From: Holosporaceae bacterium
GTDB lineage: Bacteria > Pseudomonadota > Alphaproteobacteria > UBA3830
Reading direction: 5' to 3'
NCBI GenBank assembly: GCA_031274295.1
Contig: JAISQI010000040.1
Span: 1,190-65,189, forward strand
Length of the DNA: 64,000 nucleotides
A program made the translations under genes and the position numbers. Under the pieces are notes generated by a model, which did no database searches, was not told the origin of the DNA, and saw only the letters and a list, made by a program, of their open reading frames with translations. Shown in pieces: positions 1 to 9,066 of the stretch (the first letter of the stretch is position 1; each line of letters starts with the position of its first letter).

Positions 1-1
1 A

Positions 2-241
2 TATGGTTTTATGATACTAACAGCTGAAATTATATATTATCCATTAGCACTATTTTTATATGAGCTAACTGCACAATATGCAGAATTTTATCATAAGCAA
101 TCTTCTTTTCTATCATTTTTATTTTTTGTTGGAGCTATTTTTATTCCTAATATAATCACAATAATACTGTTTTTAGGCGGAGCGAATCGCTTATATTATA
201 GGTTTATAACGCAAAAATGTTTGAAAGATAAAATTGCATAA
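2..241 (+). CDS. possible 3' end of a membrane-protein gene that begins left of the window
   Basis: Frame is open from base 2 to TAA 239-241. Hydrophobic stretch FLSFLFFVGAIFIPNIITIILFLGG. No family recognised. Confidence 0.25.
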   Translation, partial: YGFMILTAEIIYYPLALFLYELTAQYAEFYHKQSSFLSFLFFVGAIFIPNIITIILFLGGANRLYYRFITQKCLKDKIA

Positions 242-259
242 AAACTGGAAATTGTTCCA

Positions 260-590
260 TAAGAATATAAAGAGTATAGTCTTGGTCGCGTAAGAAATTT
301 TGTTGATATTTTAAGCGCGCGTCAATTTGCCTGTCTCAGGTTCTTCGATACATCCGCCCGACCAGAGAATTCTCCGCAACGTGAAAATGCGTGTTTGGAC
401 GAAAGTCCGCAATTGCCTCTGTTGCAGCCATTTCGAGCGGAGCTTCAAAAAATCTCCTGACCCCATTGTTTGGAGAAAACGGAGAGATTTAGAAGGCGAT
501 TTTACGCTTTGGAGAATGATGTTAGGCACTATGTTGTCTGTATATAAACGCACTGAAGCTGCAACAGCTTCTGATACAGCGATATTCTTA
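260..590. other. unassigned non-coding block, candidate structured RNA or decayed element
   Basis: Visibly more G+C than the neighbouring spacers. The ORFs on both strands have no recognisable domain. GNRA hairpin GGAC-GAAA-GTCC at 397-408. 7-bp hairpin GAAGCTG-CAA-CAGCTTC at 555-571. 419-428 is complementary to 558-567. 260-268 (TAAGAATAT) is complementary to 582-590 (ATATTCTTA). Confidence 0.25.
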
Positions 591-642
591 AGGACCTAGA
601 CATATAGAGCAATGCAAAACTCTCGTCTATTGCCATATAGTC

Positions 643-718
643 TGGTGGAGTCAAGGGGGGTCGAACCCCTGACCTCTACAATGCCATTGTAGCGCTCTAC
701 CAACTGAGCTATGACCCC
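643..718 (-). tRNA. tRNA-Ala (anticodon GGC)
   Basis: The reverse complement folds as a 76-nt cloverleaf: acceptor GGGGTCA/TGACTCC with G3:U70, anticodon loop ATGGCAT, T-loop TTCGACC, encoded CCA. Confidence 0.9.
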
Positions 719-912
719 ATTGCGGCAAAGGATGCGATAAATTGTCTTTTTTTGCAAGTGAAATTTGTAGTTTTACGTCGAGATCCTAGGTATAGCAATA
801 TAACACATAAATTATGCTTGATATTGAAATCGGTCGTATTGCATATGTCTTCTCTCGGGATTTGCGATTATTTTAGCAGAGATATCCGCAACGCAAAGAT
901 ACGACACAAAAA

Positions 913-989
913 TGGTAGCGGAGGAGGGATTTGAACCCCCGACACATGGATTATGATTCCACCGCTCTAACCAACTGAGCTACTCCGCC
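913..989 (-). tRNA. tRNA with CAU anticodon (elongator Met, or Ile2 if lysidine-modified)
   Basis: The reverse complement GGCGGAGTAGCTCAGTTGGTTAGAGC... folds as a 77-nt cloverleaf with anticodon loop ATCATAA, T-loop TTCAAAT and encoded CCA. It lacks the initiator features (no C1xA72, only two G:C pairs at the base of the anticodon stem). Confidence 0.85.
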
Positions 990-1074
990 GGGCAATTCCG
1001 GATACTACAACAGAAAAATTCAAAAGTGAATAATGAAAAAACTGTCTAGATGGTGTATAGTATAAAAACATATA

Positions 1075-1998
1075 ATGAAAGATTTTGATGTGTTTTTTCG
1101 AATAAAATTATTTGATCGTATGTTGGATATGTATTGCAAAAATCGCTCTCATACAGAACTTGCAAAACAATCTGTGGTATTCGGAGTTTTTATTTCCATT
1201 TTTCTGATTATACTAAAATTAGGGGCTTGGATAATCACGGATTCCATTTCCATGAGGGCCTCCATGACGGATTCTTTTTTGGATGCTCTCACTTCATTCT
1301 TAGCATATCACGCTCTGTTGTTTTCCTCCGTTTCTATAGATAAAGAGCATAATTTTGGTCATGAAAAAGTAGAAGGAATAATGGCTCTTTTCCAATGTTT
1401 ATTGGTTATTTATTCTGGAATTATGATATTCGTTGAGGCTCACGAGGCACTTTTAAACCCCAAATCTGTTAACAATACGGAAGTAGGAATTGCGGTCATG
1501 ATAATTTCCTGTGTCGCCGTGTATAAACTAGTATATTTTCAAAAGTATGTGGCTCTGAAAACGGATTCTGTGCTCGTCAAGGGGGATTCGCTGCATTATT
1601 TGTCCGATTTCCTGGTAAATATTTGCATCGTTTTATCTTTGCTAATTTCAAAATTTTTTATATATGCAGACGTTGTATGCGGTGTACTTGTTGGAGGATA
1701 CGTTTTGTATAGTGCGTTTTTAATTTTAAAAAGCGCTATTGTTGATTTGATGGATGGATCTCTTCCGCAAAATGCACAAGATCGTATTTTGAAAACAATA
1801 AAATCAGTTGATGGCGTAAAGAAAATTAAAATACTAAAAACAAGATCTGCTGGAATGAAAAAGTACATTGAATCCATAATCAAAGTCAGTTCCGGAACAT
1901 CATTTGTCGAGGCAGATAATATAACTCAAAAGGCAGAATCCAAGCTGCGCGGCATGTTTGAAAAAGTCGACGTAATCATAAAGGCAGAACCAGATTGA
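1075..1998 (+). CDS. cation diffusion facilitator (FieF/CzcD-like divalent metal efflux)
   Basis: 307 aa with six hydrophobic segments plus a cytoplasmic tail. FieF-like metal-site motifs TDSFLD, HNFGHEKVEG and HYLSD. Confidence 0.85.
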   Translation: MKDFDVFFRIKLFDRMLDMYCKNRSHTELAKQSVVFGVFISIFLIILKLGAWIITDSISMRASMTDSFLDALTSFLAYHALLFSSVSIDKEHNFGHEKVEGIMALFQCLLVIYSGIMIFVEAHEALLNPKSVNNTEVGIAVMIISCVAVYKLVYFQKYVALKTDSVLVKGDSLHYLSDFLVNICIVLSLLISKFFIYADVVCGVLVGGYVLYSAFLILKSAIVDLMDGSLPQNAQDRILKTIKSVDGVKKIKILKTRSAGMKKYIESIIKVSSGTSFVEADNITQKAESKLRGMFEKVDVIIKAEPD

Positions 1999-2050
1999 TC
2001 TCCCTAAATCTCTTGAAGAAAATATGGTTTTTATATAGATTGCTAGCGTT

Positions 2051-2127
2051 GCGGTCGTAGCTCAGCTGGATAGAGCACGAGATTCCTAATCTCGGGGTCA
2101 TGGGTTCAAATCCCTTCGATCGCACCA
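2051..2127 (+). tRNA. tRNA-Arg (anticodon CCU)
   Basis: 77-nt cloverleaf GCGGTCG...CGATCGC-A-CCA with anticodon loop TTCCTAA and T-loop TTCAAAT (one U:U mismatch in the T stem). Confidence 0.9.
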
Positions 2128-2155
2128 CCAATGTTGTGGCTATTCCATAAATCTT

Positions 2156-3505
2156 CTAGACTAGTTTGTTATACCATTTTAAGCTTTTATATCTTTTGTA
2201 CAAAAAAAATTGAGTCATAACCAACCAAGCCACCATGAATAGGTAAACGACAGGAACTGAATTCAAAGCCCCCATGTAATAAAGTATGGCTGTCGGCAAA
2301 GCCACTAACCCCCATAGAGTTATTTGGTAGACGATTACGGCATATCTAGTGTCTCCTCCAGCTATTAGAATGCCCCAGGTGGAAAATAGCAGCGTTTCCA
2401 GAACGATGGTCACAGTTACCCAATAAAATACGGTTTTTATGTCAGAATATAGCATAGAAATGTTGTCCGGCAGCATATCGAGTATGCTCAAAATCCATTC
2501 GGGGAACCCTATCAGAGGAATAGCGATTATGTAGCCGAAAAATAAGGAAATAGCGATAAAAACTTGACGAGTTTTTTCTATGGATTGTAAATCTCTTCTT
2601 CCTATCATATTTGAACAGATGGCGGCAGCTGCTTTGTTTATGCCCTCACCGACAAAGAGGAAAAATATGTATACATTCATACCGATATTATAAATTGTAG
2701 CAATATCTTTGGAAGAATAACTGATTGCGGTCTGTACCACATACCAAGCCAGCATCGATATGAAATTTCCAAACGATAAGGGAAGGCCTATTTTTATGCA
2801 GCTGCAGAATAATTTATAATCAAATTTGTTGTTTTTTAAGGTTTGGCAGATGGTTCTGTTTTTATTATTAAAAAATATCGCAGCCAAAATTACTATCTGT
2901 ACGAATTCAGCTATAACGGTAGCAATTGCAGCTCCCTGACATCCAGTTCCAGGAAAAACATTTTTAATTCCATATATTAGTAAGTAATCGAGTATGGCAT
3001 TGACAATGATTCCCGCTATTACGGAAAAAGTTATGATTTTTGTCTTTCCACGGCCTATAAAAAATGCGCAAAATGCCACTCTGAGCGAAGGAAGAGCTCC
3101 AAAATACATCAAAGTTTTCTGATACGCTACTCCTTCTTTCAGGTAATAATCGGGCAATGTGTGAAGATAATCGGAAAAATATGCAATTGGAATGAGAATA
3201 ACCGATGCAGCCAACGACATGTAAATCATCTGCCACACCGGAGCTGCTAGTTTGTCGTATTGTTTAGAACCATTATATTGGCCAACGAATATTTCCGCTG
3301 AATTCGAGATACCGATAAGCATCATGGTAAAAATCACGGTAAAATTACCAGCCATGGCCGCAGCATTCATCGAGTCCATTGAATATCCCGCCAACATTGC
3401 CCTATCTATGAGGAACATTAGGTTCGTCGACAAAACCGACAGCACCATGGGAACCGTTATACTCAAAATGCTTTTTAAAGAACTGTCAATTATTTTATGT
3501 TCCAC
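2156..3505 (-). CDS. MATE family multidrug/toxic compound efflux transporter
   Basis: 449 aa, about 12 TM segments, NorM/MatE-like N-terminus (LKSILSITVPMVLSVLSTNLMFLIDRAMLG). Confidence 0.8.
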   Translation of the reverse strand: MEHKIIDSSLKSILSITVPMVLSVLSTNLMFLIDRAMLAGYSMDSMNAAAMAGNFTVIFTMMLIGISNSAEIFVGQYNGSKQYDKLAAPVWQMIYMSLAASVILIPIAYFSDYLHTLPDYYLKEGVAYQKTLMYFGALPSLRVAFCAFFIGRGKTKIITFSVIAGIIVNAILDYLLIYGIKNVFPGTGCQGAAIATVIAEFVQIVILAAIFFNNKNRTICQTLKNNKFDYKLFCSCIKIGLPLSFGNFISMLAWYVVQTAISYSSKDIATIYNIGMNVYIFFLFVGEGINKAAAAICSNMIGRRDLQSIEKTRQVFIAISLFFGYIIAIPLIGFPEWILSILDMLPDNISMLYSDIKTVFYWVTVTIVLETLLFSTWGILIAGGDTRYAVIVYQITLWGLVALPTAILYYMGALNSVPVVYLFMVAWLVMTQFFLYKRYKSLKWYNKLV

Positions 3506-3523
3506 CGTACTTTTCCGTTTGTT

Positions 3524-3775
3524 TTATAAGACTGCTGCTGATATTTTACACGAAAATTTCTCAAATATCTCGCTGAGAATTCTTGCAATTCTCCGAAACC
3601 CGTTTCCTTCAAGGTACAACGTCAGGGCAAGACTTCTCTCTTTTGCGCTGTATTTTACGCGATTATCTGTCAAGCTTTGAGAACGATTGCAAGACTTGCA
3701 TCGCCATTTTTGTATGCCGTTTCTTACTCTGTCTTTTCTTAAATCATCACTGTTGCAATGCTTGCATACATCCAT
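3524..3775 (-). mobile_element. truncated IS1-family transposase N-terminus (InsA-like zinc finger + start of HTH), remnant only
   Basis: 83 aa: CKHCNSDDLRKDRVRNGIQKWRCKSCNRSQS (CxxC...CxxC), then LALTLYLEGNGFRRIARIL (HTH). No DDE (InsB-type) portion follows, and the ORF runs into the MATE upstream region. Confidence 0.55.
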
Positions 3776-4049
3776 ACCAACACCTCTTACAAATATATGC
3801 TGACATTATACTTAAACGTAATTAATTGTTAATCCCCAGGTATATTGACATTTAAAAAAATAAATATTATATATAAAATATGATTGGCAGAGGCGATTAA
3901 TGTTATTAGTTAATAAATATATGCTCGCTAACAGCAGTGCTATGCTGCTGAACAGCCAGTCTTCCTGCTATCGATACCGATATTAACAATCACGTTTAGT
4001 ATAATTTTAGCAATTTCTACTTTAATATTTTTATTTTTGGGTATCGATC

Positions 4050-5237
4050 ATGAGAAAACAACTTGGAGCAATATTTTTATTAGCCGGTACGGCAATAGGG
4101 TCTGGAATGATTTCGTTGCCAATTGTTTTGGTGAATTTCGGAATAATTGGAAGTTTGCTGTTAATGCTTTTTTTCTGTTGGGTAACGTATGTATCCGCTA
4201 TGATACGCTGCGAACTCAACATACATTCTCAGGCAGATTTTAGCCTGAAGGATGTTGGATTATTTTTTGGTGAACCAATATCGGCAAACATTGGGGACGC
4301 CTGTATCAAAATATTGTCTTTTGCGCTGCTGTCGGCGTATATCTTTGGAGGAACGTCCGTAATAAGATCATCAATACTTAATGGATACTCATTCACGAAT
4401 ATTGCGATTATATTTGCGGTAGCTATCTCTCTTATTTTTTTATTTTCGACGAATTTGATAATAAAAATAAATAACCATGCATTTATAATTCTGTTCTCCA
4501 TAATATTGGTGGGCATAGTTTGTTTAACAATGTGCTCCAGAACTGATAAGTTGCCAACTCATATGGGTGACATATGGCATCTAAAAGCGTGGACTACAGT
4601 TCTTCCGGTGGTATTTACATCATTCGGATTTCAAGCATCGTTACATTCGCTCACAAAATTTGTCGATAACGACAAAAAGGTAATCCAGAGAGCATGTTTG
4701 TTCGGAAGCATAATCCCCGTTATTATGTACAGTCTATGGGTTACGTGCGTACTAACAATAATCTTCAACTCTGATCCAGAAAGTTTTCATAGGATGCTAA
4801 TAAGTCCTCTAGAAGTTGGAGAGCTAATACGCGTTTTAAGCGTCATAACGAACATAACTGTGATTCAACATGCCGCATGGGTGGTCTCGTTCTTGGCGAT
4901 TATAACATCAATTATTGGTGTTGGATTATCTCTGAATGAGATTCTAGAAAAAGATCTGAAACATTTCGCTAGCAACGTTAAGTTCATACGCATTATATCA
5001 ACATTATTTATGATCGTCCCGGCGACGACGGTTGCGATATTTGTGCCCAACGCCTTTATACGAGTTCTAAATTTTGCGGGAATTATTCTAGCCATAATAG
5101 CCATCATTCTACCTGTTTTTCTATTTATGAGAATGTCCAAAGTACACTCCATAATTGATAAAGGGAAAGCATTGCTAATTCTCATGGTAGGAATTGCTAT
5201 AATTATTTTCGGAATACTAGACATATTTGGCGCATAA
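4050..5237 (+). CDS. aromatic amino acid permease (Mtr/TnaB/TyrP family)
   Basis: 395 aa, about 11 TM. N-terminal LGAIFLLAGTAIGSGMISLPI is typical of the TyrP/Mtr family. Confidence 0.7.
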   Translation: MRKQLGAIFLLAGTAIGSGMISLPIVLVNFGIIGSLLLMLFFCWVTYVSAMIRCELNIHSQADFSLKDVGLFFGEPISANIGDACIKILSFALLSAYIFGGTSVIRSSILNGYSFTNIAIIFAVAISLIFLFSTNLIIKINNHAFIILFSIILVGIVCLTMCSRTDKLPTHMGDIWHLKAWTTVLPVVFTSFGFQASLHSLTKFVDNDKKVIQRACLFGSIIPVIMYSLWVTCVLTIIFNSDPESFHRMLISPLEVGELIRVLSVITNITVIQHAAWVVSFLAIITSIIGVGLSLNEILEKDLKHFASNVKFIRIISTLFMIVPATTVAIFVPNAFIRVLNFAGIILAIIAIILPVFLFMRMSKVHSIIDKGKALLILMVGIAIIIFGILDIFGA

Positions 5238-5316
5238 TCCTTGGTGGAGAATACCCTCATTTTAGCATTTTAAGATAGCAAAATATCGTTTTTTCATTGC
5301 TGTACTACCGACATAC

Positions 5317-6006
5317 TCAGTCTTCTTCATCATCCAAAAAGATATCGTCAGCGTTTGTCGACATATCCCCATATTTTTGTAGATACATACTCTTTGTTGT
5401 CGAATATATGTCCATGGAATTATGAATTGTCGAATCAATTAAATTGGCATTTTCAGCACGATCGCTGATCGCCGTTAGAACGTATTTCGCCAGCATGAAT
5501 GGGAATCCAATAAAATATCCCACAGGATCGGCAAACCATGCAATAGGCTCGGCAATCGCATCTCGCGTTGAAGATGATCCTAAAATTGGTAAGACTAAAT
5601 AATCCCCCAGCGGCACATCGAATTTTTTCAAAGTACTTTGATGGGAAATTTCAGTCTTTTCCAATCCGATCTGTTCGCCTACATCGAAAAGTCCAATTAT
5701 TCCCAATGTCGAATTTATTACAAAACGAAAAAGAGAATTTGCTGCATGTTCTGCATCGCAAGTCACGATATAATTTATACTGTAAAATGGTTCTTTTAGA
5801 TTCGCGAGAAAATCAGATATAGATTCTCTTGCAACATCTGGAACGACGTCCCTATATGCCAAAGCAGTCGGTTTTAAGATGTTTTTATCGAGAGCTAGAT
5901 TGAATTCAAGCATATCTTTATTAAACTCTCTGTGTGGATCGGGATTTTCTGGGGTTGCTGAACATGCCGCCAGCAAAAATAGAATATATAAAAAAGGCTT
6001 TCCCAT
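5317..6006 (-). CDS. mlaA: MlaA/VacJ outer-membrane lipoprotein
   Basis: Lipobox LLAAC, then FNKDMLEFNLALDKNILKPTALAYRDVVPDVARESISDFLANLKEP, matching the VacJ core. Confidence 0.85.
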   Translation of the reverse strand: MGKPFLYILFLLAACSATPENPDPHREFNKDMLEFNLALDKNILKPTALAYRDVVPDVARESISDFLANLKEPFYSINYIVTCDAEHAANSLFRFVINSTLGIIGLFDVGEQIGLEKTEISHQSTLKKFDVPLGDYLVLPILGSSSTRDAIAEPIAWFADPVGYFIGFPFMLAKYVLTAISDRAENANLIDSTIHNSMDIYSTTKSMYLQKYGDMSTNADDIFLDDEED

Positions 6007-6123
6007 AGAATACGCACTAAATATTTTACCTACTAATTTATACTCCTCTACAAATTAATTAACAATTAACAATGAAAGAAAAAAAGGATGAATTTATCAT
6101 TTTTAGCTTTTTATTAATATTTT

Positions 6124-7404
6124 ATGGACATACTAACAAAGTGCTTACCAAAAGGGGAATATTATATGTATGATTTTTATGATTCCATTTCCTATTTTAC
6201 AAAACCTTCCAGGAAATCCGCTCAGATTTTAAGATCTATCCTAAGATCAAATCCGCACGCTATGAATTCATGCATTGGGCGCCTTGCCGAAGGATTGTCC
6301 GATATGTACGAGCGGTCGACCAGGCGTGTACACAAGCCAGAATTTAATATAGATCAAGTAACTATAAATGGAGAAGAGGTAAACGTTTATCAAACAACAG
6401 TGTTGAAAAAGCCTTTCTGCGACTTGATTCGTTTTACGAAAGAAAATCAACAGCATGAACCCAAAGTGCTGATAATTGCGCCAATTTCCGGACATTTCGC
6501 CACATTGCTGAAGGATACGGTTAAAAGAATGGTCCCGAAGCATGATGTCTACATTACGGACTGGAAAAGTGTTCGCGACGTGCCCTTGTCGGCTGGCAGC
6601 TTCACATTGGATAATTATCTTTCATATTTGATCGATTTTATGCATAAAATAGGACCGAATACTCACGTTATGGCCGTTTGTCAGCCAGCAGTTCAGGTAA
6701 TGGCTCTGGGAGCAATAATGGACGAGGCCGATGATCCATGTATGCCTGCGTCCCTTATTCCAATGGGAGGACCAATTGATCCGAGAGTGAAAAAGACCCA
6801 AGTCAACGAGCTTGCTGAAAGTCATCCATTATCGTGGTTTGAGAAAAATTTCTTAACATATGTTCCAAGTGGATATATCGGAGAAGGACGTCGTGTTTAC
6901 CCCGGATTCGTTCAGCTAACGGCGTTTATAAATATGAACCCGGATGCACATTACAGAGCTCATGTCCAATATCTTGAAGATAAAATCCTCAATAACAAAG
7001 CTGGAATGGAAAAGCATACCACGTTCTACGACGAGTATTTATCTGTTTTAGACATGGATGATATTTACTATCTAGAGACGATAGAAAAAATATTCCAAAC
7101 CTACGAATTGCCACGCAATACTATGAAGTACAAGGGGCAAACCATTAATCTTAAAAATATTAGACGTTGTGCTCTGTTGACTCTTGAGGGAGAAAAGGAC
7201 GACATATCAGCTCCAGGACAGTCATTTGCAGCCCACAACCTTTGTAAAAACCTTCCGGCAGACATGCATGGGCATTACTTACAGCCAGGAGTAGGCCATT
7301 ATGGTGTTTTTTCCGGCAGCAAGTGGCGCTCAAGCGTAGCTCCTCAAATAGAAGAATTTATACAAAAATTCGATCGGGAAATTGGTACTTATTACAAGAA
7401 GTAA
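6124..7404 (+). CDS. phaZ: intracellular polyhydroxyalkanoate (PHB) depolymerase
   Basis: Long colinear matches to the intracellular PhaZ family: VLIIAPISGHFATLLKDTV, DVYITDW, AVCQPAVQV, GGPIDPR, VYPGFVQLTAFINMN, FYDEYLSVLDM, LLTLEGEKDDISAPGQ, GVGHYGVFSGSKW. The true start may be ATG 6166. Confidence 0.8.
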   Translation: MDILTKCLPKGEYYMYDFYDSISYFTKPSRKSAQILRSILRSNPHAMNSCIGRLAEGLSDMYERSTRRVHKPEFNIDQVTINGEEVNVYQTTVLKKPFCDLIRFTKENQQHEPKVLIIAPISGHFATLLKDTVKRMVPKHDVYITDWKSVRDVPLSAGSFTLDNYLSYLIDFMHKIGPNTHVMAVCQPAVQVMALGAIMDEADDPCMPASLIPMGGPIDPRVKKTQVNELAESHPLSWFEKNFLTYVPSGYIGEGRRVYPGFVQLTAFINMNPDAHYRAHVQYLEDKILNNKAGMEKHTTFYDEYLSVLDMDDIYYLETIEKIFQTYELPRNTMKYKGQTINLKNIRRCALLTLEGEKDDISAPGQSFAAHNLCKNLPADMHGHYLQPGVGHYGVFSGSKWRSSVAPQIEEFIQKFDREIGTYYKK

Positions 7405-7505
7405 TAATTTCAGTATGCATCCATAACATTTTTCACGGGCAGAATTCGATTTCTCTCTGGACTTTTGTCGCTTATATTGCTAAAAATACATCACTTTGAA
7501 AGAAT

Positions 7506-7868
7506 ATGGAGATTTTTGTGGCTTTAAAGATTCGTTTATCGCGCGGTGGAGTAAAAAAGCATCCATTTTATAGGATGGTGGTTACTGATTCCCGAAATCC
7601 CAGAGATGGTGAGTTTTTGGAAAGGGTCGGTTCCTACGATCCGTTTCTGCCCAACGAAAATCCGAGCCGCGTCGTAGCCAATGCAGATAGAGTAAAATAC
7701 TGGATCTCCGTTGGAGCAAAATTATCAGATAGAGTGGCGACCCTACTGAGCAGGCTTCAGATCTGTGAAAAACCCCCAATTGTTGAGACTCCGAAAAAAT
7801 CTGCTCCCAAGAAAAAAACAGCGGAAAAATTACAACAAGCTCAGCAACAAGCGCCTTCTGCGGAATGA
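7506..7868 (+). CDS. rpsP: 30S ribosomal protein S16
   Basis: [30 protein letters not shown]. The start could be GTG 7518. Lys/Ala/Gln-rich C-terminal tail. Confidence 0.9.
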   Translation: MEIFVALKIRLSRGGVKKHPFYRMVVTDSRNPRDGEFLERVGSYDPFLPNENPSRVVANADRVKYWISVGAKLSDRVATLLSRLQICEKPPIVETPKKSAPKKKTAEKLQQAQQQAPSAE

Positions 7869-7877
7869 AGGTATGTT

Positions 7878-8357
7878 TTGATAGAAATTCTGCGAGTTAT
7901 TGGAGCTTTCGGAATACATGGCGCGCTGCGAGTCTTTCCGTTTTCTAAAAAATTAAATTGCTACAGAAAAATATACGATAAAAATAAAGCAGAGTTTACG
8001 TTTCGCGTTGTAAAATTCTGTGGTAACGGCAGAGTCATAATCTGCATAGATGATATAACTGATAGAAATATGGCGGAATCACTGATAGGAGAAGTTTTTT
8101 ATATAAAAAAATCCGACCTCGCAAAAATTGAAAAAAATGAAATTTATCTTTGTGATCTGATTGGCAGAGAGGTCCACGTGCTGAATTCCGATATCAAATG
8201 TAAGATAACTAATGCGGAAAACTTTGGCGCTGGAGATCTTATAGAAATTTCCCACGACAATGTAGCATTTTTAGTTCCGTTTACGGAGAGAAACTTTCCC
8301 AATGTCGGGGATCAGATTTACATAACGTCGGAAGCATTTAACGGATTTAAAAATTAA
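7878..8357 (+). CDS. rimM: 16S rRNA processing protein RimM
   Basis: Sits between rpsP and trmD. IGAFGIHGALRVFPFS N-terminus and PRC-barrel-like C-terminus. TTG start. Confidence 0.8.
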   Translation: MIEILRVIGAFGIHGALRVFPFSKKLNCYRKIYDKNKAEFTFRVVKFCGNGRVIICIDDITDRNMAESLIGEVFYIKKSDLAKIEKNEIYLCDLIGREVHVLNSDIKCKITNAENFGAGDLIEISHDNVAFLVPFTERNFPNVGDQIYITSEAFNGFKN

Positions 8358-9058
8358 TGTGGCAGGCGAATGTTTTTACAATTTTTCCAGATGCTTTCCC
8401 GGGAAATTTAGGCGTTTCCGTCATAAAAAAAGCTCTTGAGCAAAGAAAGTGGTATTTAAAACTCATAGATTTGAAAAAATTTCCAGTAAAATCTGACAGA
8501 ATTGATTCTGCTCCCTATGGAGGAGGAGCTGGAATGATTTTGTCTCCCCTTACGTTTAAGCAAGCTTTTGATACTTTGTCGGAGAATGAACAAAAGTGGA
8601 AGAAGTTTTATTTTTCTCCACGGGGGAGACAAATCCAACAAGCCGATCTGCAAGAAATCAGCAAATTACCTGGAATTACGATGCTTTGTGGCAGATACGA
8701 AGGAGTAGATCAAAGGATTATAGATTTTTATGATATGGAGGAAATCTCCATTGGTGATTTTGTATTGCTGGGAGGAGAAATCGTAGCAATGATGCTCATA
8801 GAAGGATGTGTCCGTCTTCTACCACATGTAATAGGCAATAACGATTCAATTGACGATGATTCCTTTCAAAATCATCTTCTGGAATATAATCAATATACGA
8901 AACCAGCTGTTTTTAACGGATTATCGGTTCCAGATGTACTGTTATCGGGCAATCATCAAGAGATTACCGAATTTAGACTTGATCAGTCTAAAAAAATTAC
9001 CGCCGAAAGACGTAAAGATCTATGGATGCGGTATATTCAAGAAAAAATGAAATTATAA
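8357..9058 (+). CDS. trmD: tRNA (guanine37-N1)-methyltransferase TrmD
   Basis: VFTIFPDAFPG, YGGGAGMIL, GRYEGVDQRI, SIGDFVLLGGE, LLSGNH. Confidence 0.9.
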   Translation: MWQANVFTIFPDAFPGNLGVSVIKKALEQRKWYLKLIDLKKFPVKSDRIDSAPYGGGAGMILSPLTFKQAFDTLSENEQKWKKFYFSPRGRQIQQADLQEISKLPGITMLCGRYEGVDQRIIDFYDMEEISIGDFVLLGGEIVAMMLIEGCVRLLPHVIGNNDSIDDDSFQNHLLEYNQYTKPAVFNGLSVPDVLLSGNHQEITEFRLDQSKKITAERRKDLWMRYIQEKMKL

Positions 9059-9066
9059 AATTGCTA

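Noticed and set aside
395-412. GGACGAAAGTCCGC resembles the universally conserved RNase P RNA CR-I/P4 motif (GAGGAAAGUCCGGGC).
   Set aside because: The motif folds on itself as a closed GGAC-GAAA-GTCC hairpin. I could not find a CR-V-like ACAGAAnnCGGCUUA partner or a P1-P3 layout in the right order on either strand, so I did not call rnpB. It remains one hypothesis for an Rfam scan.
242-642. Possible (two-piece, alphaproteobacterial) tmRNA next to the tRNA genes.
   Set aside because: Neither strand has a T-arm-like GGTTCGAnTCC followed by an acceptor strand and CCA. No short tag reading frame ends in the usual hydrophobic Ala-Ala terminus.
752-934. 60-aa ORF between the two tRNA genes.
   Set aside because: Its 3' end overlaps tRNA-Met(CAU), and it has no RBS or recognisable domain. 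It looks like spacer read-through.
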